A stretch of 64,000 nt of DNA from Candidatus Versatilivorator sp. Lineage in GTDB: Bacteria; Acidobacteriota; Terriglobia; Versatilivoradales; Versatilivoraceae. Each line of letters starts with the position of its first letter. Positions within the stretch are counted from its first letter, which is position 1. The position numbers were made by a program, and so were the translations under genes. This document shows positions 7,537 through 16,638 of the stretch, piece by piece. Location of the stretch: the NCBI GenBank assembly GCA_965207735.1, contig OZ242296.1:448001-512000 (forward strand). The letters run 5' to 3'. A model generated the notes under the pieces. That model saw nothing but the letters and a program-made list of their open reading frames with translations, was not told the DNA's origin and ran no database searches.

Positions 7537-8758
7537 AGTATTTCCCCCACCACGATTTCAGCACACCGCTGGCAAAGTCATAGATTCCCTCTTTGACTTC
7601 GATGATGTAGAAATCGTTCTCCAGGTCGAGCAATATTTGGTTGAACAGTTGTTTGCGCTCATGCGACGGGAGCTCGATGCCGCTGCCCACTAACAAGCGG
7701 TCCGTTTCTTGCAACAGAGCTGCACGGCCCAGCCCAGATTCGCACACACTGATTTGCCCCAACAAGGCATAGGCAATCGAGCGTTTGGGGTCCGTATAGT
7801 ATTGCCTGATTCGAGAATAGTAGTGTTGCAACCGCGTGCGCGCACCGGGACTAATAATCAACGCTTCGAAGATGGAATCGACATCCGACGCGACGATCCT
7901 ACGTTGCTCCTTTTTCCATAATCTGTAGAGATCCTGGGTCGCCATCTGCATGAAAAGCGGAATGGGACGACCCAGGCGAGAAACGAGCCGCTGTGGAACA
8001 TCCTCTTGGTATGGGACGCCTCGCCCACTCAACATTTCCGTCACGAAAGCCCTAATGTTTCCGTCAGTGAGCGGAGGCAGGGGGATGTCTTCAAGGTCGT
8101 TGATGAGATCCACCTGTCCGAGCACGTCGAGTGTGCCTGCGAGATTGACTGAGCCGCCAACCAGCCAACGGATCGAGTCTCTTGCGGGTGCTGGATTTAA
8201 TCGCTGGGTTCGAAACCAAGCGAGAAACTCACGCAGCAACGCTGCATCCTTCTGGGACAAGTTGAGCAGCATGTCAGGCAACTCGTCGACGATGAATAGA
8301 ATCGGGACGCGGGTTTTGCGAGCCTGTTTGAGAAACGTGTCGCCATGCTGCCGCCAGTTCTCGCGCCAACTGGGATCACTTTGGCGCAGTGCGAGTTTGA
8401 AGCCACCGACACCGATCTCCCCGACCCATCCCAGTGCGCCACTCACAAGTTTCCAGCCTGCGGCAAGTCGGTCCCGTACGAAAACCGGATGCGCATCATG
8501 GAATGCGTCGAGCAGCCCCTGGAAGAAATCGGCTGGATGGGTCAAGTCCTGGACGTTGATCAAAACCGTCGAGAAACCGTTCCTGGGATGGTCACGCATG
8601 TGATCCATGACGCTGGTCTTCCCCGTTCGTCGGGCCGCCGTGAGCACCAGATGCCTGGTGCGCAGTGTTTCCCAAAGCTCCGCGACAAACTTTTCGCGAA
8701 ATCGCAAGTCCACTGGGTCGACGGGAGCCCCGGTGTAGAATTCAGGAGTTCCGTGCAT
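7529..8758 (-). CDS. STAND-like/archaeal-type P-loop ATPase with no C-terminal sensor
   Basis: Walker A variant AARRTGKTS, Walker B ILFIVDE, sensor-like LVGGS, GRPIP. Overlaps the next gene by 8 bp (ATGCCTGA). Confidence 0.8.
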   Translation of the reverse strand: MHGTPEFYTGAPVDPVDLRFREKFVAELWETLRTRHLVLTAARRTGKTSVMDHMRDHPRNGFSTVLINVQDLTHPADFFQGLLDAFHDAHPVFVRDRLAAGWKLVSGALGWVGEIGVGGFKLALRQSDPSWRENWRQHGDTFLKQARKTRVPILFIVDELPDMLLNLSQKDAALLREFLAWFRTQRLNPAPARDSIRWLVGGSVNLAGTLDVLGQVDLINDLEDIPLPPLTDGNIRAFVTEMLSGRGVPYQEDVPQRLVSRLGRPIPLFMQMATQDLYRLWKKEQRRIVASDVDSIFEALIISPGARTRLQHYYSRIRQYYTDPKRSIAYALLGQISVCESGLGRAALLQETDRLLVGSGIELPSHERKQLFNQILLDLENDFYIIEVKEGIYDFASGVLKSWWGKYYA

Positions 8759-9073
8759 TTACATGTCTCATCTGTCGTATAACAGAATTGTCGTCCACGT
8801 GAAGTATACAACAATATTGCCTTAATTCAATATGTTTAAGGTTGATGCTCACGGTTTCGCGATGAAGGGTAGCGCCAGATTGCTGCAAGAAACCTTTAAG
8901 CTCCGACTCGGTAGGAGAACCGCAAGCGGTTGTGATTGCGACGACGCTTCTCAACCTCCGTCCGGTCGGCCACGGTCAGGGGCACTTCGCGGATCCGTTG
9001 TGCTCGCGAGAAGAGGGGTTGTGCAATCCATACAAGGTTTCGTCTGCTTCCACCCTCCGGCGAGAAATACGGG

Positions 9074-10387
9074 TCAGGGATTTGGGCGGCGGTCCCTCTT
9101 GCTGAACCGAAACTGTTCCTGCTGAATGAGCTGGTGGTAGGAGCCGAAGGGGTCGTTGCTGCCGGCGTCCAGATTGTCGAGGGGGTCCTGGCCGTCCTGG
9201 CTTTCGTCGGGGAAGCGGCGCCGGATGGCGTAGAGGGTGGAGCGGAGGGCGGGGGTGCGGCCGACCTCGCGGATGCGGCGGCGGAGGTCGCGGGGGCGAA
9301 CCAGTTGGCCATGGGGGGCTCCGGCGGCGGTGGAGATGCTCTCGTTCATCAAGGTCCCGCCGAAATCGTTGGCGCCGCTTTCCAGGCAGGCTTGCCCTAG
9401 CGGGAGGCCCTCCTTGACCCAGGAGGCCTGGATGTTGGGGATGTCGCGATTCAGGACCAGGCGGGCGATGGCGTGCATTTTCAGCACCTCGCTTCGGCTG
9501 GCGCCGGCCCGGATTCCCGGGATGGGCCGGTCGGCGAACATGGGCGCCTCGGAATGGATGAAGCTGAGAGGCACGAACTCGGTAAAGCCGCGGGTGCGCC
9601 GCTGCAGATCGCGCAGCAGCAACAGGTGGCGAGCCCGGTGGCGCGGAGTTTCCAGGTGGCCGTACATGATGGTGGAACTGGTGGGGATTCCCAGGGAGTG
9701 AGCCGTGGTCACCACCTTGATCCACTGATCGGTGCGGATGCGCCCGGGGGCGATGATCTTGCGGACCCGGTCGTCCAGGATCTCGGCCGAGGTGCCCGGC
9801 AGGCTCCCGATTCCGGCCTCTTTCAGTTCCCGCAGGTAGTCGTGGATGCTCAAGCGGGACTGCCTGGACCCGTAGAGGATTTCTTCCGGGGAAAAGGCGT
9901 GCAGGTGGATTGCCGGAGCTGCTTCCTTTACCGTCCGGCAGAGCTCGATGTAGTAGCGTCCGTCCATGCCGGGAGGCAGGCCCGCCTGGATGCAGACCTC
10001 GGAGGCGCCGTAGCGCTCGGCTTCCAGGGTCCGCCTGACGATTTCCTCGGCGGGAAGATGGTAGCCCTCGGTGCTGGCCGCGGTGCGGCTGAAGGCGCAA
10101 AATCCGCATCGCTTGACGCAGACGTTGGTGAAGTTGATGTTTCGATTCACCACGTAGGTGACATCGTCCCCTACGGTCTGCCATCGTAGGAAGTCGGCGG
10201 CCTTGAGCAGCACCCCATAGTCGGTGCCCTCTGTCTGGAAGAGGTGGACCACCTGCGTCTCCGAGGGGTCCCGGCCCTGCAGGCAGCTCTCAAGGGCCCG
10301 GGCCACCGAAGGCGTCGCCTGTCCCAAGGCGGATTCCACCTCGGCTTCGTTCCTGAGCATTCCGGTGGGTTCCCCCGGTGTCAACAT
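9074..10387 (-). CDS. cofH: FO synthase subunit 2 (radical SAM)
   Basis: VTYVVNRNINFTNVCVKRCGFCAFSR, SLPGTSAEIL, NIQASWVK and GANDFGGTLMNESIS; adjacent to cofG. Confidence 0.9.
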   Translation of the reverse strand: MLTPGEPTGMLRNEAEVESALGQATPSVARALESCLQGRDPSETQVVHLFQTEGTDYGVLLKAADFLRWQTVGDDVTYVVNRNINFTNVCVKRCGFCAFSRTAASTEGYHLPAEEIVRRTLEAERYGASEVCIQAGLPPGMDGRYYIELCRTVKEAAPAIHLHAFSPEEILYGSRQSRLSIHDYLRELKEAGIGSLPGTSAEILDDRVRKIIAPGRIRTDQWIKVVTTAHSLGIPTSSTIMYGHLETPRHRARHLLLLRDLQRRTRGFTEFVPLSFIHSEAPMFADRPIPGIRAGASRSEVLKMHAIARLVLNRDIPNIQASWVKEGLPLGQACLESGANDFGGTLMNESISTAAGAPHGQLVRPRDLRRRIREVGRTPALRSTLYAIRRRFPDESQDGQDPLDNLDAGSNDPFGSYHQLIQQEQFRFSKRDRRPNP

Positions 10388-11526
10388 GGGCGTCCCTCCC
10401 ATAGCGGCTCGAGTGCCGCTTGAGGCACGAACCCCTCGGCATCGGCATCGGCCTCCAGGCGGCTCCTCAAGGCTGCCGGCAGGCTATCGTCCTTGCGGCG
10501 AATGAATTCCGGATACAAGGGAAAGCGCGCCCTCAGCCGGAAGTCTCTTCCCTCCACCTGGCGGCGCAACTGGGCCAGGTGGGGCCAAGGGGCTTCCGGG
10601 TTGACATGGTCGATGGTCACTGGTGAGATCCCGCCCCAGTCGTTGATTCCCGCACCGAGAAACTCCAGGTAGCCGGCCTCCCGGGCGGACCCGCTCAAGT
10701 TGGGCGGCACCTGGATGTTCATGCCCGGTCCCAGAATGATCCTGGCTTCGGCAACGGTCCGGAGTGTCTCCGCGGTGGAAAGCTCGTTCGCCCACCTCAT
10801 GGGTGTGGCCGCCTTGGCCCGGAAATTCTGAATGATGACTTCCTGGACGTGCCCGTAGCGCTGGTGAAGTTCCCCGATCAGGTGCAAGGCCTCTCTCCGT
10901 TCCCGAGCGGTCTCGCCGATTCCCACCAGCAAGCCGGTCGTCACCGGTATGTTCAACCTGCCGGCGGCGCTCAGGGTGTCCAGCCGGGCCTGGGGGTGCT
11001 TGCTGGGGGCGTGCTCGTGAGGCCCGCCAGGATCGCAGAGCCCGGGGCTGCTGCTCTCCAGCATCAGGCCCAGGGAAACGTTCACTTCCTTGAGAGCTTC
11101 CAGCTCCGACGGCTCCAGGGTGCCGGCGTTGCTGTGGGGGTAGAGGGAGGTTTCCCGGAGCAACATCCGGCAAATCGATACCAGATATTCGATGGTGCTG
11201 TCGCAACCCTGGCGGGACAGCCACCGCCGGGCTTCAGGGTAGCGCTGCTCCGGCCGTTCTCCCAACACCAGCAGAGCTTCGCGGCATCCCCGTTTCTCTC
11301 CCTCCCGAGCCACGGCCAGGACCTCCTCGGGACTCATGTAGGGGGAGCGGAGCCGGCCGGGAGGCTGGCGAAAGACGCAATAGCCGCAGACATCCCTGCA
11401 GAGTTGGGTCAGGGGGAGGAACACCTTGGGCGAGAAGCTGAGGATGCGCCCTTTCCCCTGGTCGCGCAGCCGGGAAGCCCGGTCCAGAAGTGCCGGGTAG
11501 CAGTCGGCGACGGCTTGGGACATCAT
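10381..11526 (-). CDS. cofG: FO synthase subunit 1 (radical SAM)
   Basis: FSPKVFLPLTQLCRDVCGYCVF, VIIQNFRAK, IQVPPNL and GINDWGGISPVTIDHVNPEAPWP. Confidence 0.9.
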   Translation of the reverse strand: MMSQAVADCYPALLDRASRLRDQGKGRILSFSPKVFLPLTQLCRDVCGYCVFRQPPGRLRSPYMSPEEVLAVAREGEKRGCREALLVLGERPEQRYPEARRWLSRQGCDSTIEYLVSICRMLLRETSLYPHSNAGTLEPSELEALKEVNVSLGLMLESSSPGLCDPGGPHEHAPSKHPQARLDTLSAAGRLNIPVTTGLLVGIGETARERREALHLIGELHQRYGHVQEVIIQNFRAKAATPMRWANELSTAETLRTVAEARIILGPGMNIQVPPNLSGSAREAGYLEFLGAGINDWGGISPVTIDHVNPEAPWPHLAQLRRQVEGRDFRLRARFPLYPEFIRRKDDSLPAALRSRLEADADAEGFVPQAALEPLWEGRPC

Positions 11527-11536
11527 GGTGGCTTTC

Positions 11537-11911
11537 CTATGAGTCTCCCGGGGAAGGGAGTGCATGCTCCAGAATGACAAATTCCTCCACCGGCGCCCCG
11601 CCGATCAGGTGCTCCTGGATGATGCGTTCAATCACCTCCGGGGTGCAGGAGTGGTACCAGGTGCCCTCCGGATAGACCACGGCTGTGGGCCCTTGCAGAC
11701 AAATGCGCAGACAGTTGGCCTTGGTACGGAAGACACCCCCCGGGCCGGTCAGATCGAGTTCTTGCAGACGACTCTTGAGGTAGTTCCAGGATTCCAGGCT
11801 GGCGGCCTTGTCGCAGCACTTGGGTTTAGTCTGGTCGCAGCAGAGAAAGATGTGCCGTTGGATCTTGTCCACGCCCAGGGCGGTTGCGGTGTCTACCAGC
11901 TGTTGTTTCAT
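11537..11911 (-). CDS. Thioredoxin-like (2Fe-2S) ferredoxin
   Basis: HIFLCC...KCC...[22 protein letters not shown]. Confidence 0.85.
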   Translation of the reverse strand: MKQQLVDTATALGVDKIQRHIFLCCDQTKPKCCDKAASLESWNYLKSRLQELDLTGPGGVFRTKANCLRICLQGPTAVVYPEGTWYHSCTPEVIERIIQEHLIGGAPVEEFVILEHALPSPGDS

Positions 11912-11981
11912 GGGTTCGTCATCCGGGAGGATTAGCCCGACTGATCCTGGCCGGCCCGACTGAATTCAATCAGAGCCGGAG

Positions 11982-13529
11982 TCAGCCAAGCGACACCAAC
12001 TCTCTGCGCTTGCCCTTTCCCAGGGCCATCAGGAAAATGGCGCTCTTTCCCCGGGCGTGAGGCGAAAAGAAGGCCGTGACCTCGTCGTCGTAGAAGGTCA
12101 GCCCGGTGGCCCCCAGCCTCTGGGCGTAGGCCGACAGGTAAAGCCTTCCTCCCAGCAGGCCCGCCTCCAGTTGCAAGGCGCGATAGCCTCGGTTACCGAA
12201 GCGTTCCAGGACAGGCTCCAGCTCCGCCATGAAGAAGACGTCGAAGCTGGCCTCGGCCGGCAAGTCCTGCTCCAGTCCAAGATAGCCCATCTCCTGGCGA
12301 AAGCTGCCCTGGCGCAGCAACTCCAGTTCCCAACGGTCACGGTCCAGCCAATAGGCTCCCGAGGGCAGCCCTTCCACCGCGTTGGCGGTGACATACCAGT
12401 CGTTGAGCAGCCCACCCCCCGGTTCCAGAAAGTCGGCCGGCAGTTCCTGAGCCGAATAGTAGAGCATGGTGGAGAACGCCTGAAAAGAGACGGGCGCCTG
12501 CGCGAAGCGGCGGCTGGATCCACGCCGCCGGATGACGGGCTCCAGCGGCTCGGTGGGGACTTCGTTACGGGCAAGCGGCCTCAGGGGAAAACGTTTGCCC
12601 TGCGCGGCCGCCGGTTGTCGGCGAAGGCTTCCGCGCCAGGCGCTTGATTCCTGCCCGGAGCCAATCAGGGTGGAAGCGTGCATCTCCCGCATCTCGGGGT
12701 AGTCGACCTCACCGGGGCTGGCCGCGCCGGACTCTACCGTCAGCGGTTCCAGTGGGGGATAAGCGCCGGGAAGCTCCTCCCGGCCGCTTCCAATGGATGT
12801 TAGCGACAGGGCCACTTCGCGGTCGGTGTCCAGGCCCAGCAACCCGTTGACCTCCTGGTCGGCAAACCCCAGCACCAGACGGTGGGGAAAGCCCAAGGCT
12901 TGGGACATGGCTAACAGGTTGGCCATGATGGTTCCGTTGTCCCAACCGAAGTGACGGTAGGTGCGGGCCCGGTACTTCCAGGCGTTGCGCCAGTAGGTTC
13001 CGGTTGAGACTATGGTCAGGGGGACGCTGGACACCCCCGGCTCCCCGCCGGTGGCCTCGGCCAGCAGGCCCCGAAAGTCCCCGGAACGCAGGCGCTCCAG
13101 CACGAAGTCGCGAGGATTGAAGTGGTAGACTCCCGCGGGCAAACCGTTCAGGTCGCCGCAGACCACGTAGAGCTCGATCTCATAGAGCGCTCCCGTGCAG
13201 GAAGCCGCCTGAAACAGGATGTCACCGCCGGGGTAGGGCTTTCGCTTGGTGATGCCGGCGCAGCAATAGAGAAGCCTCGCCAGGTCCTCCAGGTCGGGGA
13301 CCGACTGGGGCGGGGCGGGCGAATCCGGCGGCAACAGCGCCGCCAGGGCAGGGAGTTCCGATTCCTGCCACTGGTCCGGCAGCGGAATGCGGTCCAAATC
13401 GGAGTAGATCTTGAAGGGTTCGGGCCGGTTGGCCCAGTCCAGGGAATGGGAACCGAACCGGACACTGTGGTAGGAGTGCTTGGTCTGCTGGTGATAGCGC
13501 AGGGTGGCTCGGGTATCGCTGTTGGCCAT
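11982..13529 (-). CDS. SagB/ThcOx-family tandem nitroreductase-domain protein
   Basis: YHQQTKH, AASCTGALYEIELY, WKYRARTYRH..WDNG, a second domain RRRGSSRRF, and GATGLTFYDD. Confidence 0.85.
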   Translation of the reverse strand: MANSDTRATLRYHQQTKHSYHSVRFGSHSLDWANRPEPFKIYSDLDRIPLPDQWQESELPALAALLPPDSPAPPQSVPDLEDLARLLYCCAGITKRKPYPGGDILFQAASCTGALYEIELYVVCGDLNGLPAGVYHFNPRDFVLERLRSGDFRGLLAEATGGEPGVSSVPLTIVSTGTYWRNAWKYRARTYRHFGWDNGTIMANLLAMSQALGFPHRLVLGFADQEVNGLLGLDTDREVALSLTSIGSGREELPGAYPPLEPLTVESGAASPGEVDYPEMREMHASTLIGSGQESSAWRGSLRRQPAAAQGKRFPLRPLARNEVPTEPLEPVIRRRGSSRRFAQAPVSFQAFSTMLYYSAQELPADFLEPGGGLLNDWYVTANAVEGLPSGAYWLDRDRWELELLRQGSFRQEMGYLGLEQDLPAEASFDVFFMAELEPVLERFGNRGYRALQLEAGLLGGRLYLSAYAQRLGATGLTFYDDEVTAFFSPHARGKSAIFLMALGKGKRRELVSLG

Positions 13530-13570
13530 GGGGCCCGTTGTCCCTCGTGTGCGGCTTGGCGACGCCCGGT

Positions 13571-14062
13571 TTACCACTCCGAATGCTTGTACTTCTTGGC
13601 CCAATTGACACCCTGCCAGGATTTCATGGTGATCGGTTTCACGAACAAGAGCCAGCGGGGCTCGTTCAAGGTCGGCACCAGGTAGTCGGGGCCTCGTTCT
13701 CCCAGGTAGCGAAGCGCCATGCGGTGCCCGATTTCCATCCAGCGGCCGCCGACGTTGGCTTCCTCCAGCACGGTGGCTTCACCCTTGACCAGAACGCGGC
13801 GGTTGTAGATGGTGGAGTCGTCGATGCAGAGAAACACACGCCCGTCCCGCTGAATGTGCTTGGCCCAGATGGAACGTCCCCTGGGGATGATGTAGAAGCC
13901 GCCGTCCGCGTATTCGAACCAGCAGGGAACCACGTAGGGCCAGCCGTCGGCATCCAGGCAACCCAGCCGGCAGAATTCGGGTCCTGAAAGGAATTCGGCG
14001 ATCTCGGCTTCATTCAGCTTGCCGACTTTGCCGCGCCAGCTCTCGTTCGACTCTTTATTCAT
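13571..14062 (-). CDS. Pyridoxamine 5'-phosphate oxidase-like split-barrel protein (possibly F420-dependent)
   Basis: RLGCLDADGWPYVVPCWF and RVLVKGEA; clustered with cofGH. Confidence 0.75.
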   Translation of the reverse strand: MNKESNESWRGKVGKLNEAEIAEFLSGPEFCRLGCLDADGWPYVVPCWFEYADGGFYIIPRGRSIWAKHIQRDGRVFLCIDDSTIYNRRVLVKGEATVLEEANVGGRWMEIGHRMALRYLGERGPDYLVPTLNEPRWLLFVKPITMKSWQGVNWAKKYKHSEW

Positions 14063-14443
14063 GGAAGACCTCCGCTACGGTTGACCATTTTCGGTTGTAT
14101 CCGGCCTGGGGAAGATGGGTCCTGCGCGGGACCGCGCGCACCGCCGCATTATACGCCATACGCCGGATTGATGCTCGGATCTCACCTTTAGAGGGTGGAA
14201 CAGGAAGAAGTTCCAGGTCCGCCCCGGCTGCGGTCGGAGCCATCCGGACTGCCGCCGTGGCGGCAGCATTTCCGTTGACCGGAGTGAGGCCCACCCTGCA
14301 TTGCAAACCCCGGGGAATTTCCCTATGCTAGCCGTGCGTCAGGCGTGCGGTGGATGAGCCTGACCGCGCCGAAAGCCGCCTTTCCAGCCCCAGACCGGAT
14401 TTCTCCGGAGCGTACTCAGCCCGATGATCAAGGAGCACAGCCG

Positions 14444-16567
14444 ATGAATGCGCAGCAGCCTGGAACCCTGTTCGGACATCCGACCGGCCTCTTTACCCTG
14501 TTTTTTGCCGAGATGTGGGAGCGCTTTTCCTTTTACGGGATGCGGGCCCTGCTCCTGTTCTACATGCTCAAGGGCTTCCTGGGGTACGGCGACAGGGATG
14601 CCTATGCCATCTATGGGGCCTACACGGCGCTGGTCTATATGACCCCGCTTTTCGGCGGCATGCTGGCCGACCGGCTGCTGGGCGCCAGGCGAGCCGTCGT
14701 TCTGGGTGGCCTGCTGATGGCCGCCGGCCACCTGATGATGGCGGCGGAGAGCGACCTGGCCTTTTTCCTGGCCCTGGCGCTGCTGATCGTGGGCAATGGA
14801 TTCTTCAAGCCCAACATCTCCACCATGGTGGGTTCGCTCTATCCGCAGGGCAGCCCCAAGCGGGACACGGGCTTCACCATCTTCTACATGGGGATCAACC
14901 TGGGGGCGGCCATGTCGCCCCTGCTGTGCGGCTACATCGGCGAGACCTATGGCTGGCACTACGGCTTCGGGCTGGCCACGCTGGGAATGCTCACCGGTCT
15001 GGCGGTCTTTGTGGCCCCGGTGCGCATCACCCAGGTACTGATCATGTCGGGAGCCGTGGCGGCGGCCCTCGGGCTCTTTTATTTCCGGCCCGACAATCCC
15101 TTTTCCACGGGCGTCAATGTCTTTGTGGGTATCGCGCTTCTGATCGCGGGCGTGATCGCCTGGGTTGCGCTGGGTCGGGGAGGGTTGCCGGCCGAAGTGG
15201 GAGCTCCCTCGGATCCTCAGCGCCTGCGCAAGCCCCTGGCCGGTCCGATCTCTGCCGAGTGGTCGGTCTACCTCCTCTCGCTGCTGGCGATTCCCGTGCT
15301 GGCGCTGCTGGTCTCGGCCAACCGCAACGTCACCGTCATTCCGTCCGCGGTGGTGGACAGCCTCAATTCCAGCGGCAACGCGGTCCTGCAGGTTTCAGCC
15401 GATGTCCTGGCCCAGATGAGCACGCCGGCCGGCCTCATCCTGATGCTGGCCGGGCTGGTGGCTCTGATCTACCTGGGCATGGAGACCTTCCGGCTGGACA
15501 AGGTGCCCCGGGAACGGATGTACGTGGTGTTGATCCTCACCTTCTTCTCCATGCTCTTCTGGGCCTTTTTCGAACAGGCCGGCAGTTCGGTCAACAACTT
15601 TACCGACCGCAACGTCGACCGGGTGGCCGAACAGCGGCTGCTGGCCGCCGGCGACGTGGGCCGCACCCTCACCTTCCGCATTCCGGTTCAGACCGGGGAT
15701 TCCGAGCTGATGGGGCTGCCGCTGCTTACCCAGGAGCAGCTCGGCCATCGAAACGCCAGTCCGGTATTGAAGCAACGAATCGAAGAAGCCATCCGCATCG
15801 ATGAAAAGCGCAAGGGAAAGCTCACCGGGAAAGAAGTGGACCGGCTTATCGCCTCGGCCACCCGGGATGATCGCTTGACCATGAGCGGCCTCACCTATTT
15901 GCGGGCCGCCGCGAGTGCGCCGGGGGGAAGCGAGAGGCTTGAATGGGTGGTGACCCCCGACAACCTGGGCATGGCCATCGGCGGGTCGGAGAGTCCGGCC
16001 TCGGTTTTCCAGGCCGTCAACCCGATCTACATTCTTCTGTTCGGGATTGCATTCAGCGCCTTGTGGACCTTTCTGGGGCGGATCGACCTGGAGCCCAGCA
16101 CACCCTTCAAATTTTCCCTGGGGCTGCTGCAGTTGGGACTCGGCTTCGGAGCCTTCTGGTACGGTGCCCAGAGCGCCGACGAACGGGGCATGGTGGCGCT
16201 CGGATGGATCTTTCTGGGGTATTTGCTCCATACCACCGGGGAGCTCTGCCTCTCCCCCGTGGGGCTCTCCATGGTGACCCGGCTGTCCCCGACGCGCCTG
16301 GTGAGCACGGTCATGGGAGCCTGGTTCCTGGCGACCGCCTTCTCCCAATTTCTGGCGGCCATCATCGCCCAGTTCACCGGCGTGACCGAAGGAGGTTACG
16401 GAGAAGGCCTGGTCCCGGTTCCAAGGGACACCGTGCACGTCTATGGCGATGTGTTCGGGAGCATCGCCCTGACGGCCATCGGGTCGGCGGTGGTCTGCTT
16501 CCTCCTGGTGCCGCTGCTGAAGCGCTGGATGCACGAGGGAACGGTGGAGCCGGTCGAGCAGGGATGA
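14444..16567 (+). CDS. POT/PTR family proton-dependent oligopeptide transporter
   Basis: EMWERFSFYG (ExxERFxYY), GNGFFKPNISTMVG and GELCLSPVGLS. Confidence 0.9.
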   Translation: MNAQQPGTLFGHPTGLFTLFFAEMWERFSFYGMRALLLFYMLKGFLGYGDRDAYAIYGAYTALVYMTPLFGGMLADRLLGARRAVVLGGLLMAAGHLMMAAESDLAFFLALALLIVGNGFFKPNISTMVGSLYPQGSPKRDTGFTIFYMGINLGAAMSPLLCGYIGETYGWHYGFGLATLGMLTGLAVFVAPVRITQVLIMSGAVAAALGLFYFRPDNPFSTGVNVFVGIALLIAGVIAWVALGRGGLPAEVGAPSDPQRLRKPLAGPISAEWSVYLLSLLAIPVLALLVSANRNVTVIPSAVVDSLNSSGNAVLQVSADVLAQMSTPAGLILMLAGLVALIYLGMETFRLDKVPRERMYVVLILTFFSMLFWAFFEQAGSSVNNFTDRNVDRVAEQRLLAAGDVGRTLTFRIPVQTGDSELMGLPLLTQEQLGHRNASPVLKQRIEEAIRIDEKRKGKLTGKEVDRLIASATRDDRLTMSGLTYLRAAASAPGGSERLEWVVTPDNLGMAIGGSESPASVFQAVNPIYILLFGIAFSALWTFLGRIDLEPSTPFKFSLGLLQLGLGFGAFWYGAQSADERGMVALGWIFLGYLLHTTGELCLSPVGLSMVTRLSPTRLVSTVMGAWFLATAFSQFLAAIIAQFTGVTEGGYGEGLVPVPRDTVHVYGDVFGSIALTAIGSAVVCFLLVPLLKRWMHEGTVEPVEQG

Positions 16568-16638
16568 GACCGGGCCGAAGACGTCGGCGGGGATAGCACT
16601 CGGCGCTCCGGAATCCGGACCGTGCGGGGGCGACGTGA

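Noticed and set aside
8830-9070. tRNA/att site at the island boundary
   Set aside because: No tRNA cloverleaf, T-arm motif or integrase could be identified. The junction remains unexplained.
11982-13529. TOMM/RiPP biosynthetic cluster
   Set aside because: No YcaO, precursor peptide or dedicated exporter is adjacent.
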